The position numbers and the translations under genes are program-made. A stretch of DNA of 64,000 bases from NCBI RefSeq assembly GCF_001447785.1, contig NW_015167585.1, forward strand, positions 1 through 64,000, given 5' to 3'. This DNA comes from Gekko japonicus. Its lineage: Eukaryota. A model generated the notes under the pieces. That model searched no databases and was not told where the DNA came from. It saw only the letters and a list, made by a program, of their open reading frames with translations. This document shows, in pieces, positions 26,301-38,300 of this stretch. The first letter of the stretch is position 1. Every line of letters begins with the position of its first letter.

Positions 26301-29300
26301 CCACAGTGGGATCAAGCTTTCTGTGCTGCCGAAGATAGCTTGTAACGGGTTCAGTTTAAACACACACACACACCCACACACCAAACAAACAACACTTGAA
26401 GAGAACATCATTATTTCACTTACTCTATCTTTTGATGTAGTTGTCGTCTTTACGCTAATGACCGGTTCACCCTTAGATTTATCCATTATCACAGTCCTTT
26501 CTGTTGCTTTGTTTCCTACACAAAAGCGGGGAGGGGAAAAATTAGACATTTAATGCATAACTCAGCTAAATGGAGCCAGTTCTCCACAAAAGCGGGGAAG
26601 GGAAAAATTAGACATTTAATGCATAACTCAGCTAAATGGAGCCAGTTCTCCACAGGCATAAACTCAATATTCTTTGGGACCAGCATTAGATGTTTAGTGC
26701 CTGGAATTCTACAGACGGATGACTTCTTCAGTGAAGGGGCATGTCTATTACGTTAAGGGTATTTCAGACACTGGAACTCAAGTCTGAATTATCTTTTCCC
26801 ACTTCCCTTCTGTGTCCCACCTACTTTCTATTGCACAGTGTGGGGTGGGGCTTGGTAACGGGCTGCGCACTCTTCCAGATGCTGCACAGCCAGAGAGTGA
26901 AGCTGGCAGCAAGTTTCAACCACTTTGGTTTGTAACAAAGAAGGGTGAGCAGTCTGCTAATCGAATGAAAGGCATGGGTGAAGGAGGAAGCAATCCAGAC
27001 CCCACAAAGGTGTCCTGCAAAGGAGGACCAGAAAGGACAACCCAGTACCTACTACCATTTCCACAGGGATGCATCTGCTCTTACACAACAAAACGGAACA
27101 CGAGACAACGACGGCAGACCCTTCAGCCTTATCCGCTTTCTTCCCTTCTCTGACATTTATTTCTACCTTCCCTAATGTTCCAATACAGTCTTAAAAAAAA
27201 CAAACACAATAACCACAACAAGAGAAAATGATGGTACCCACTTAAGTTCGGGCGCAGCCAACTTGTGGGTACTGATCACTCCCCAGTTACACAACAATTC
27301 CTGCTACATTTTTTTTTTTTTGGTATTGTGTGCCTGCACCTGGAAGTCATGTTGACCTCTGTTGACTAGACCCCTACTGGGGGCCTGGAGGATATTCAGA
27401 GAGGTGGCAAAATAAAGCCTGCCTCTGTCCTCCCAACATGGTATTCCAAGGAAGTCTGCCATCCAAGTACTAACCACAGTTGACCTTGCTTAGCTTACGA
27501 GCTCTGACGAGATCAGTCTTGCCTGGACTATCCAGGTCAGGCCTGCTACACTTCTTGAAGGCAAAAGTACTTCATTCCCATGTTAACACTGGCAGAAACA
27601 TAAACTGACTCTAATTTTGAAAGGTCAACCGGAAACTACATTTGAAATACCTGGTCAAGATTCTACGAATGGTATGAGGAACAATATAAATAAATTATGA
27701 AGTATTAAAACTTGCTGAGGACATATAAAGTATTAAGCTGTTAAGATATGCAGAATTCTAACTACTATTTCAATAATACAAGGTGAAGTATACAAGCTAT
27801 AACAAATAGGCAGGTGAACTGGTAACAGATGTAATTTGCGCATTGAATGAAATGCCCCCATTTGTGTTTGTATGTTTGTTTGTGTGTTATGAAAAATAAA
27901 AAACATAAAAAACAAACCAACCAACCACTGGCAGAAACTAGTGCCACTTGAAAAGGCAGATGTTAAAAGCATCTGCCTCAGGTAAGCCCAAGTTTTTTGT
28001 ACTCCAGTGATACTTACAAGCAGCCACCAAAACAGTCACGCAGGCTACCAAACAGTTTACCAATGAATGGATTTTACTACCACCAGAAGAGAGTGTAACA
28101 TATACGATATGATCTATCCAAGCTGATGGCTGTGTTGGAACCAACTCTGACTTGGTTACATCTAACCAGTTTGATAAACACATTGCAAGATAAGCACTGC
28201 TCTGAAAATCTAGAGCACTCAGTCTGCAATGCAGGCAAGTATTATTTAAAGGTTGGGCCGGGGGAGCAGCTCAAGAGCAGAGCATGCAGATTCAGGCCCA
28301 GGCACTTCAACGTCGAAGGATGCCCGGTAGCAGGGTGGGGAAGATTTCTCTCCACTCAAGATCTTGGAGAACTACTGCCAGTTACAGTTGACAGTACTGG
28401 GCATTGCTGTACTGTAATGAAAATGTAGGAACAATGAGTGGCTTCCAACAACAAATGAATTTGTTTGGCAGAGCCAAGATTTGACCTGAGGGCTTCCCAG
28501 ACTACATCCTTAACCTACAGAATACCGGAGAGCTGCCAGATCCCCCCCCCCCCACGCAGCTGCCATCCATTTAGCCTTCTTCTCAGTGACAGAGCCTAGT
28601 AGAATACCTGATTTGGGGGTTTTAGACTGGTCTGCTGATCCAGCTTTCACTTCTTCTTTCCCCTTCTCATCCTTCTCTTCAGTTTTTTTGGCATCTTCTT
28701 TCTGGTCTCCCTTCTCACTCTTTTTGGTGCCGGGAGACCTGCAATATTGCCAAGTTCAGAATGGAGGGAGGGAAAGCGAGGCACACAAACTTCGGTGGGG
28801 CAGCTTCATTGTACTGTCAAATCAGATCTGCTCCTTTTTTCGAGAAGTGCTGCAAAGAGCTTTTTCAATTGGGATTTGTCTAGACTTTGGGGTAAAGGAA
28901 GTAGGAGCCTGTTTTTAATTTTATACCAGACAGTTCCTCCTTGTTCCAATATACTTCATTAACTACTTCCAGAAATTCTGGAAAGAGGTGGTGCACAAGC
29001 TTCAAATACTGCTGGGCCTATGTTCCTCTAGGCAGATAAAGCATTAAACCCCCCCCCCCAAAAAAAAGGGGGGGGGGGAATAATTTGAAGAGTATTACCT
29101 GTCACTGGCCGATGCATCACTTTTCACCTCATTTTCCTTTTTCTCCAAGGGCTTCTTAGCAACAGGTTCATTTTTGGCCTGAAATTCATTATTATTGTTA
29201 GAAATCCTTGAAGTAAAATCTTAGGATATTTGGGGGCCTGGAGAAGAGAGAGGGCGAACAACGGGTTTTTAAAAAATGACGGGGGAAAAAAAAAGGACAA

Positions 29301-32300
29301 TCACTCACTCGTTCAACAGATATTATTTTCCCATGTAATTCCGTTTTGTGGCAATGCGCAATGCATTTTGTGGTTTCTTCTGCTGTGGACATAGTCACAA
29401 AACCGTAACACCGAGCGCCTGGACTGCGAGCATTGGTGACCACTTTTGCGCCCACCACCTTGAGAAAAGGAAGCAAGTGCATTAAACATGGAAGGAAAGT
29501 GAGCGCTGCTGCACAGCTCAGTTCTCAATGTCGCAACTTTTCCAAGGTGGCAATTTCTATACCATTAATCTGTAACACTTGTGGCTTACAGTGGCAACCA
29601 GTAATTGTCATGCAAAATTATAATACTCCATAAATGCATTTAAGATCCATTATAAATATCACACACAAAAACACCAACACCAACTTCTGCATAAATCAGA
29701 GGGTCTCCAGATGTCCAAGTGACTATCAAAACCTAATTTAAAGGGGGTGGGTGGGGTATTTTACATCATCTCCAACTCTTCCACAGTACATTAGCCCTCT
29801 TTACATCATCTAGAAGCCAAGTATAGGGCATGGGGGTGTGGCTGCAAAGGAAGCTTTATTTCTGGCCCCTGCTGACACTTCACCAGTCTGGCCTTTGGGG
29901 GGGAGCAAGGTACACTGCTTGACCTTAATTGATGCCAAGGGACTCAGGAAGAGTGACAGTCCAAGGCCTAGTAGAATTTGAAGCAAGTTGGTACCTAGGA
30001 CAGCTGACTGAACATACTCAGCTGATTCTTTAAGACAATGCTTAACCAACAAGTTCTGTGTTTTATGCCAGCCGTCGCTTCAAGAGCAGCCCCACATAAA
30101 ATGCATAATCGTTTGTATCCAACTGTCTGGTCTTGCAAGGGCTCAGCCATCAACAAGACTTACTTTTCCGTATTTGCTAAAGAGGTTCTTCAAGTCAGTC
30201 GCTCGGGTGGTGGAAGCAAGGCCGCTCACCCAGAAGTTCCGGCCAGAAGCGGCAGCACTGGGACCTGGTGGGAAACAGAAGGCAAATGCATCAAACTGTG
30301 TTGTGACACGGCCACACTCATTGCTGAAGAAGCCAGCCCCACGGGAAAGGGAGATGCCCTAGACAGTTTGCCCGAGGAAGCTATTTACATCACAGCAAAT
30401 GTCTGAAATCTGATTAAGAGGCCGTGGGTGAGAACCTGCTCTGCATGCAGAAGGTCTTAGGTCCAGTCTCTGGCAGTTCCTGTTAAAGGATCTTCGACTG
30501 CAGGACTGGGAGACATTTCTCTATTCCAGGGCCCGCAGAGAGCTGATCGCAGTCCAAGCAGACTCTTCTGAGCTAGATGGACCTGTAGTCCGAGGCAGCT
30601 TTACACATTCATGCCTGTCACTGGGTTCAATCCATAACAATGCAGTTCCTATGCCCAAACTCGGCAAATCCCAGCCACATGGCATTCGGAGACTTGCTGG
30701 ATATGCTCCTTCTGGTGACACTACCAACCGAGCTGGGGACTGCTGAAACTGACTCTCCTGGCCACTGCTGTGTTCTTTTTACTGCATTTACCCGCTGCCT
30801 TTCTCCCCAACGGGGGACCCAAAGCAGCTTACCTCTTCCTCCTCACCTCCATTTTATCCTTGCAATAAACCCTGAGATCTAGGTTAGGCTGAGAGTGTTT
30901 GACTGGCTCAAGCTTCCACAGAAGAGTGGGGATTTGAACCCGGAGTCTCCCAGGTCCTAGTCCGACACTCTAACCATACCACCACACTGCTGAACGGTAC
31001 AGTGATGTGGGTATCGTGTAGGACACAGTGGCAGCTATGACATATTCCAGTGTTTGTTATGACAGTTCCTTTGAAATCTGGCCATAGGCTGCACTCTGGT
31101 TACAGGACGAGCTTTGGAAGCTGAAAACAGGCCTCTGTTGACTGCCTAAAATATAATCTTTGAAGAGGGCTGACAGGATGATAAAGCCTGGACACGTGAT
31201 TGGAAGGGGAAGTTGTTTGGTTTCTGGACCACAACTAGGGGTTCCAGGGCTGTGGATCAAACATGGTGCCATATCCTAGCACTCTGCTCAGCTAACAGCT
31301 TCACCTTGCTGGGGGGGGGGGAGAGCAACAGTGGGAGGGCTTCTGGGGGTCTGGCCCCACTGGTGGACCTCCTGATGGCACCTGGGTTTTGGCCATTGTG
31401 TGACACAAGAGTATTGGACTGGATGGGCCATTGGCCTGATCCAACATGGCTTCTCTTATGTACTTATGCTCTTCCAGCCCAAGACCCTTCTCTTCCAACC
31501 AAGGAAGATGCTGCTGTTAGCTGGAGTGGGAGAATATAACCCAAGGCTTCAGCTGAGGAAGAGGTTGTTCAACAATGATTTCTATCCCACAGCTCTCAGG
31601 CAAAATGAAACAAAACAACAACAACAACAAATGACCAAGGCAGCTTTCAATCTATAAAAAGAAAACATTAACACACCACAGAACAGCCAATAAAAACCAC
31701 CACAAACACGAACATTTTAAAAGAATATACGTACCTTTCTCTTCTTTTGGAGCCAGCTTTGTGTCTTTGTTCTCCTCCAAACTAAGGACAGAAAGAAAAA
31801 AAAGGAAAAACCAATAAGGAAAGAAAAGACAACTGACATACAAAATTGCAAGAATTCAATACCTACCAGAATTTAGATGTTTAAAAAGTAAAAAAAACAA
31901 AAACAAAAAGCCAACAACAATAAAAAACATCTTATGGAGATATCCAACAAGCACAGGACGGCAACCTTACAGGCATCTTGCAGACAATTAAAAGTAAGGA
32001 TTTAAGGAAAAACAACCTCTGATGGTTGCAGAAAAGAAATCAAACTGTTCTGTTTAAAATATGCACAAGGAAAAAAAAGATGGCTTTTTTTTTTTTAGTA
32101 TAATGCAACAATTTCATCAGTCTTGCAGGCCAATGGGAAGTAAACATTGGCCTCACTCTGAGAGACCAAAGAGATATTTTTTAAAAGGGGGAAAAAAAGA
32201 CAGCATCTGGTCTAAAACGCAGAAAAAACAAACCTCGTGTTCTGATCACCACCCTCTGGGGCAGAGGCCTCTCTAGTGGCAGAGGAGGAGTCTTCCTCAC

Positions 32301-35300
32301 ACTGAGCTTTCTCTTCCGTCTTCGCGGCCTCTTGGCTGGCCGCACTGGCCTCACTACTGGCTTCCAGACTCTGGGCTGCTGTTTTGCTACCCTCATCATC
32401 ATCTCCTCCTCCTCCACCACCACCACCACTCCTGCTCTCTACTGCTACAGAGTCCGAGTCCGGCTGGGCTTCCTCGCCTGTCTGCTCGCTCGGCTCCCCT
32501 GCCGCTACCACTAAGTGCTTTGCCTCTGCCTCCTCCTCCTGCTTCCCGCCCGCAGCTGGGGCGGAGGGGCTCTTCGTATCTAAAAGGTCTTCTTCCGACA
32601 GAGGGGCGGCGGTGGCAAGTGCGTCTTCCTCTTCCTCCGCTGCCTTTTTGCCCGCCAACGGGCTTTTCGCTTCCTGTGCCTGCTCCGCTTCGGAAGTGTC
32701 TTCTTTAAAGGGCTCAGATTTACAAGTGTCACCCAAAATGTCGAGCATTTTCTCATTTTCTATGGATTTAACAGGAATAGAATGGCACAAGGTTTAATCA
32801 CCAGGGAAACACAGCAAAGACAAGTGCGGAACGGGCATGGCTGCCAGTCTAATGCTACACAGAGATCGGAAAACCCTTGCGTACATCACATTCAAACGCC
32901 TAAAAGCTAACTTAACATGGCTTATTAAAGACCAAAAGGTACGAAGAACGTGACCTTATTAGTTTAATGAAAAACCTTCAGGCTCGTTCTTGACAAGTCT
33001 TCAAGAGGTTCGTCTGTTCTAGTTCTTCCCAAATTTAGCTTCCCAGGTTTCAAGAGGCTTAAACGGAATGATTCAATGAACTCAAAATTCCATTTCAAAC
33101 TGAATTTCTCTCTCTTTTTTTAAAAGCAGGGCACTCCAATACGACAGCTCAAACATCTTCTGCCGGTGGATGAATGTGTCAAAGTCGAAGAAAGTAAATA
33201 GTATCTTTATGGGATTTCCATTTGGAACCTCTTGTCTTCCTTCTTCTGTTATATCCCGTTACTGACTTAAAACTTGGCATTGCCCTAAGACAACTTTTAA
33301 ACTGCCTCCACTATTCTACTTGTATCACAAACCAAGGAATTGTACACCACAGTCTGGTCTACGAGCATAAATCTTTTGCCTTCAAGCTCTGACATTACAT
33401 TTCTAGTGCATCTGTGAAGCTAAGCACAGGCCTTGTTTCAAATGCTTCGTGTCTAGAAAAACAACTCTTAAATGGTAGGCGTTTGCCAGATCTAGGGACG
33501 TGGCTGGGCTTCCAACCTTTGCAGACCTTTGCAATGATCTGGATAATCTACTGTACAGTAAAACAAAAGGTTTAAGATCTGTACCTTTCCCACACATTTT
33601 TAAAATCAGAAGAATTACTGGAAAGGCAACATATATAACAGTACCTGGCTCTGTATGATGTTCTTCCGAATCCTACAATAAAAATGGAAGGGGGGAAAAC
33701 ACTCCTTAAATGATGAATACAACTCCCCCCAAAGGTTATCAGAACTAGAAAAACATTTAAATTCCTAGATGCCAAAATCATAAACACTGACATATGATGC
33801 TTCCTTGTGCCAATCAGACTGCAGTGCCACTCAGCTCAACATTTTCCACTCTAACTGGCACTCTCAGGTCTTTCCAATCTTTCTAACGAGAACTTTTAAA
33901 CTATAGATGCCAGGGACTGAATGTGGAATTTTCCACATGCCAAGCATGAGCTCGACCACTGAGCCAAAGCCCTCTCCCATCAAAAGTTTAGAAGCTAGTT
34001 TAGGATTTCCCCAGTCCTTTATATGGTTTTATCAGAAATGTTATCATCATCCATAGGAACACGTGGTTAGCTCTGATGATGACGAAGACATGTCTGAAAG
34101 TCCGAGGGCGGTGCCTGGAAGAATCTCTGCAGAGCAGTACAAGAGCAATACAAGAACTCGTGGGCACTGAATAGAATTGCTGAGCAGATGGGTTAGAACG
34201 GATAAAAGGAAGTCCTTCTTCACCGAGTGATTAACACATAGAATTCACTGCCACAGGAGGTGGCGGTGGCTACAAGCATGAACCGCTTCAAGACGGAGTT
34301 GGACAAACATAAGGAGCAGAGGTCCATCAGTGGCTATTAGCCACAAGGTATAGATAGGAACTCTCGGTCTGGGGCAAGTGATGCTCTGTATTCTTGGTGC
34401 TTGGGGCAACAGTGGGAGGGCTTCTAGTGACCTGACCCCACTGGTGGACCTCCTGATGGCACCTGGTACTTTTGGCCACATTGTGATAGAGTGCTGAACT
34501 GGATGGGCCACTGGCCTGATCCAACACTGGCTTCTCTTATGTTCTTAGTTCCTGGCAGCAGGGCTTCAGTGCCCTGTATGGCTTTTTTGCCCTCATCTCA
34601 TGGCTTGCCTCTGCAGAATAAGTTATGAGACAGAGGAAAAATCCTGGGCAAATTGCAGGATCAAGCTGTACTCGGTCCAAAACAGGGAGAGGAGGAATGC
34701 TTTTCAACAGAGTGAAAATTCCTTTGGCTGTGACAAATCTGATTACAGAAACGGAGGCTGCAATCACAGACCTGCGTATCTCACAACAGCACCAACAGCT
34801 TATGAGCCAGGCTGCTTTACAAAATTACACCACAGCTGCCTGTCCCTTTGAGACAAAATCTCAACAGACACACACACAGATCAGATGACATCTGCACAAC
34901 TGCCACAGGTTTTGGATGAGTTACTGGTGTGTAGATAATTAAGAGATTTTATGGTGCAATGACAGCTAGGGCCTACTGCACCATCCATTGGAGGCCTGGT
35001 AGCCTGAGGCCAAATCCAGACTCCCAAGCCTCTACAGCGGCCAAAAGAGCCCCTCACTCCAAACCAAGCACAAACAGTTGTGCGCTTCAGATGCCTTCCT
35101 CAAAGCTGAAACACAGCTTTAAAGCTATCCTTCTCCTGTAGCATGAACAGCAAGGAAAGCTTCAGCACAGTGCTCCCATTCTAATGCACACTGGCTGCCT
35201 GTGGGTAAATGAGAGTGAGCAACTGAAGTGCCTAAAAGAAGTCAAACTTCACCCTGAGAGAGAGGGAGTTGAGTTCTTTGCCTCTGAGAGTCAGTGTTAA

Positions 35301-38300
35301 AAATATGGCCCCTGTTAAAAACAAAGTGATGACTGAGGTATCAGAATATGCTTTGGGCCCGTGAGGCTGCATCTGGCTATTACCTTCACGGCAGCTACAT
35401 TAGGAGAAGCAGCATCCAGCACTTTATCAAGTTCCTCGCCATTCTCCTGAAAGAATGAAAACAAAATACTTATTCCTTGCTGAAACTTATTAATTTTTCT
35501 CAGGAGGGAAAAAAAAGGAAATTGACATGCATAAATTTGCATACATTCTGGAGCACATGACTATAAATGCTCAGAAGTAACACAAGTCAGATCTCAAATC
35601 AACCATACACACAGAAATTTGACTGCCGCTAGCCAACTATCTCAAAGTCACGGATATTCTAACTGCTCAAGTTTAAAGCGTCAGCAATAGAACGTTGATG
35701 CTCATGGACTGGAGCGTGTGCGTAGTACTGACAGCTAAGGAGGAGGAAGAGAGTAAAGATACAGGATACACTGGGTTGGGCAACTCTAAGGAGAGTTGTG
35801 ACCAGGGTGGAGAGCGTAGAAGGACAGGAGCTAAATTTCACATAATGATCTGAACCAACCAACCATGCGAGTTTCTGGCATATAGGAAATAAAAGCGTAC
35901 AGAAGGACGTCATCCGTTACAGACCTCGTTATCCATCAACTGATCAGGAAGTTCCTTCAGTTCTGCATCAGTATTATCTTTCTCATCAGAGTCAAGAACA
36001 TTTTCAGTGATGTAATCATCCTTGCAGTCGATGGCACTGGAATTATCTGTTTCAGCTTCATCTAACACGCTGATGTCCATCATGTAAATATCCTGCAAGT
36101 TATCTGAACTTGCTTCAGTATCCTCCTGTAAGTGGAGAAGGATGGGCACAAAAAGAACAGACTATTAGCGGTGTGCTTCTAAACAAGTCTGTTAACAAAC
36201 ACTAATTCACACTTCCCCTTCCCTGCATACCTGCCCATCTCTCGAGTTCTCCTCCAATCCATTATCTTCACCATCTTCTTCTTCTGGTTTACGTCCTAAA
36301 AACCAACACAGAGGCTCAGGACTAGAGGAATCACCATGTAGCTTGCTGCTTGCTTCAGATTTTTCACCCCTGTTTAAGAATATACTACAGCTATACTGGT
36401 TATGGGGTCCAAAGCACTACTCTGACCCCCTGGGGGACCCAGCAAATATGGAATCACCCAGTAAGGAATCTGCCTTCCATTTTTACTTTTATGGAAAATA
36501 AGGAAAAGTGCAATACAAAGATTCCACTCAAACTTACAGTTTTTTTGGGGGGGGGGGGATTTTGTACATTAACACGTATATACATATGTACATAATGGTA
36601 GTGGAAAGTGTTATCAAGTCTCAGCCAACACCAGTTTGATGTAGTGGTTAAGAGCGTAGGACTCTAATCTGGGAGAACTGGGTTTGATTCCCCACTCCTC
36701 TACGTGCAGCTGCTGGTGTGACCTTGGGTCAATTACAAGTCCTTTCAGAGCTCTCTCAGCCCAACCTACCTCACAGGGTGTCTGTCGTGGGGAGGGGAAG
36801 GGGATTGTTCTCCTTCGGGTAGTGAAGGGCAGGGTATAAATCCAATCTCTTCTTTTTACGAGACCCCTCAGGGCTTTTCCAGACAAGATACATGCAGAGA
36901 TGGTGTACCATGTCTTGCCTCTGCGTAGCAACCCTGGCCTTCTTTGGTGGTCTCCCATCCAAATACTAACCAGGGCTGACCTTACTTAGCTTCTGAGATC
37001 TGATGAGATAAGCCTAGCCTGGGTTATCTGGGTCAGGGCTATGTATGTAATAGCACTGTCTAAAGACACAACCCAACAGCCTTCCTGAAGTTAAGCGGGC
37101 CTAGGACTACTCTAGACACCATCTGGGAACTCTATGTTTCCTTGTGTTTCAGTTTAAAAAAAAAAGCAGAATGCGAACAAAATAAGTAAACAAAAAGCAA
37201 ACGCATATATGTAATGCTATAAATTTCAGCTCTGTAACAATGAAACCCTTATTGCTCATGATGAGTTATTACACTGAGAACCAGAAAGATAATACTGGCT
37301 GCGGTCACACGGAGTATTTGCTGCGCGGACGATACGGATGGTAGGCGGATTTTCCGGGCGCGATCACACCGCAACATCTGGGAAGCGTAGAGCTCCCGTG
37401 GCTAACCCGAGGCTTCCCGCCGAAGATGCGGGGCAAGGGCGGGTCTCTGATCGCGTTTCCAGTGGACTTACGTGGCATCCGGCGCCCGCTGCTGTTCGTC
37501 GCGCACAAGGGGTTTTTTTGTCTCCCAAGTCTCCGCAGGTTGCGCAACAGTGCCCAACAGCACATGCACACAAAGAGCGATTGCTAGCTTCTGTGCCGCG
37601 CTGCAGGATACCCATCTGGTTGGCATCTCCCCCCTAACCGCGGGACCTCGACCGGGACGTGTGCTCGGGCGGCCGTGCGTTAGTTTCCTCCGGGGCAATT
37701 AGCCCCCCCACCCGGCAATATCCGGCCCGTGTGACTGGGGCCACTGTTCATTACAGGGTTAGTTTATGTGGCCAAATCAGTTCCTAGATTCCTGTTTGGA
37801 GAACCTAGTGATCCTGGAGAATACAAAAGTTGTTCAATCCTAATATAAAGTATAAAATCTGAGCTGAACGATCCTTCAGTAATGAAACCGATTTAGCTAC
37901 ATCTTTAGAAGTGTTTGAAAACCTTCCCACTGGCTAAATGAGAACTACAGAGCAGACTCCAAGCTAGAACTTTGTATACTGGCTACTGGCTGCTACCATC
38001 ATATGAACACCAACAACTACTAGCACTTTACTATGATTTTATAATTTGCTTTAATTATAATTATGTTTTTAATGTAACTATCTGCTTTTTTGTAAGCCGC
38101 CCTGAGTCAGCTCCGGCTCGGAGGGCGGGGCAAAAAGAATATCTGAAAAATCTCTCCTTATATATAATTGAATAGTGGGTGCCAAAGTTCTAATTCTAAA
38201 ATGCACTCCCTTAGTGTATGGCTGATGGCACTGCTCCTCAGCATATATCGCCACCAATCAGAAGGCAAAGCCCGGGTCCCGCCCACACCACAACTGCTGC

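Noticed and set aside
29696-29770. C/D snoRNA-like ATGATG...CTGA in intron 9
   Set aside because: Box C is imperfect and there is no terminal stem.
32384-32797. Antisense and alternative-frame ORFs over exon 7 (also 62916-63329)
   Set aside because: Shadows of a purine-rich exon; shared only because the DNA is near-identical.
32950-33260. Apparent long reading frame in SAFB intron 6
   Set aside because: Interrupted by a stop after the A-run at about 33115 when read carefully.
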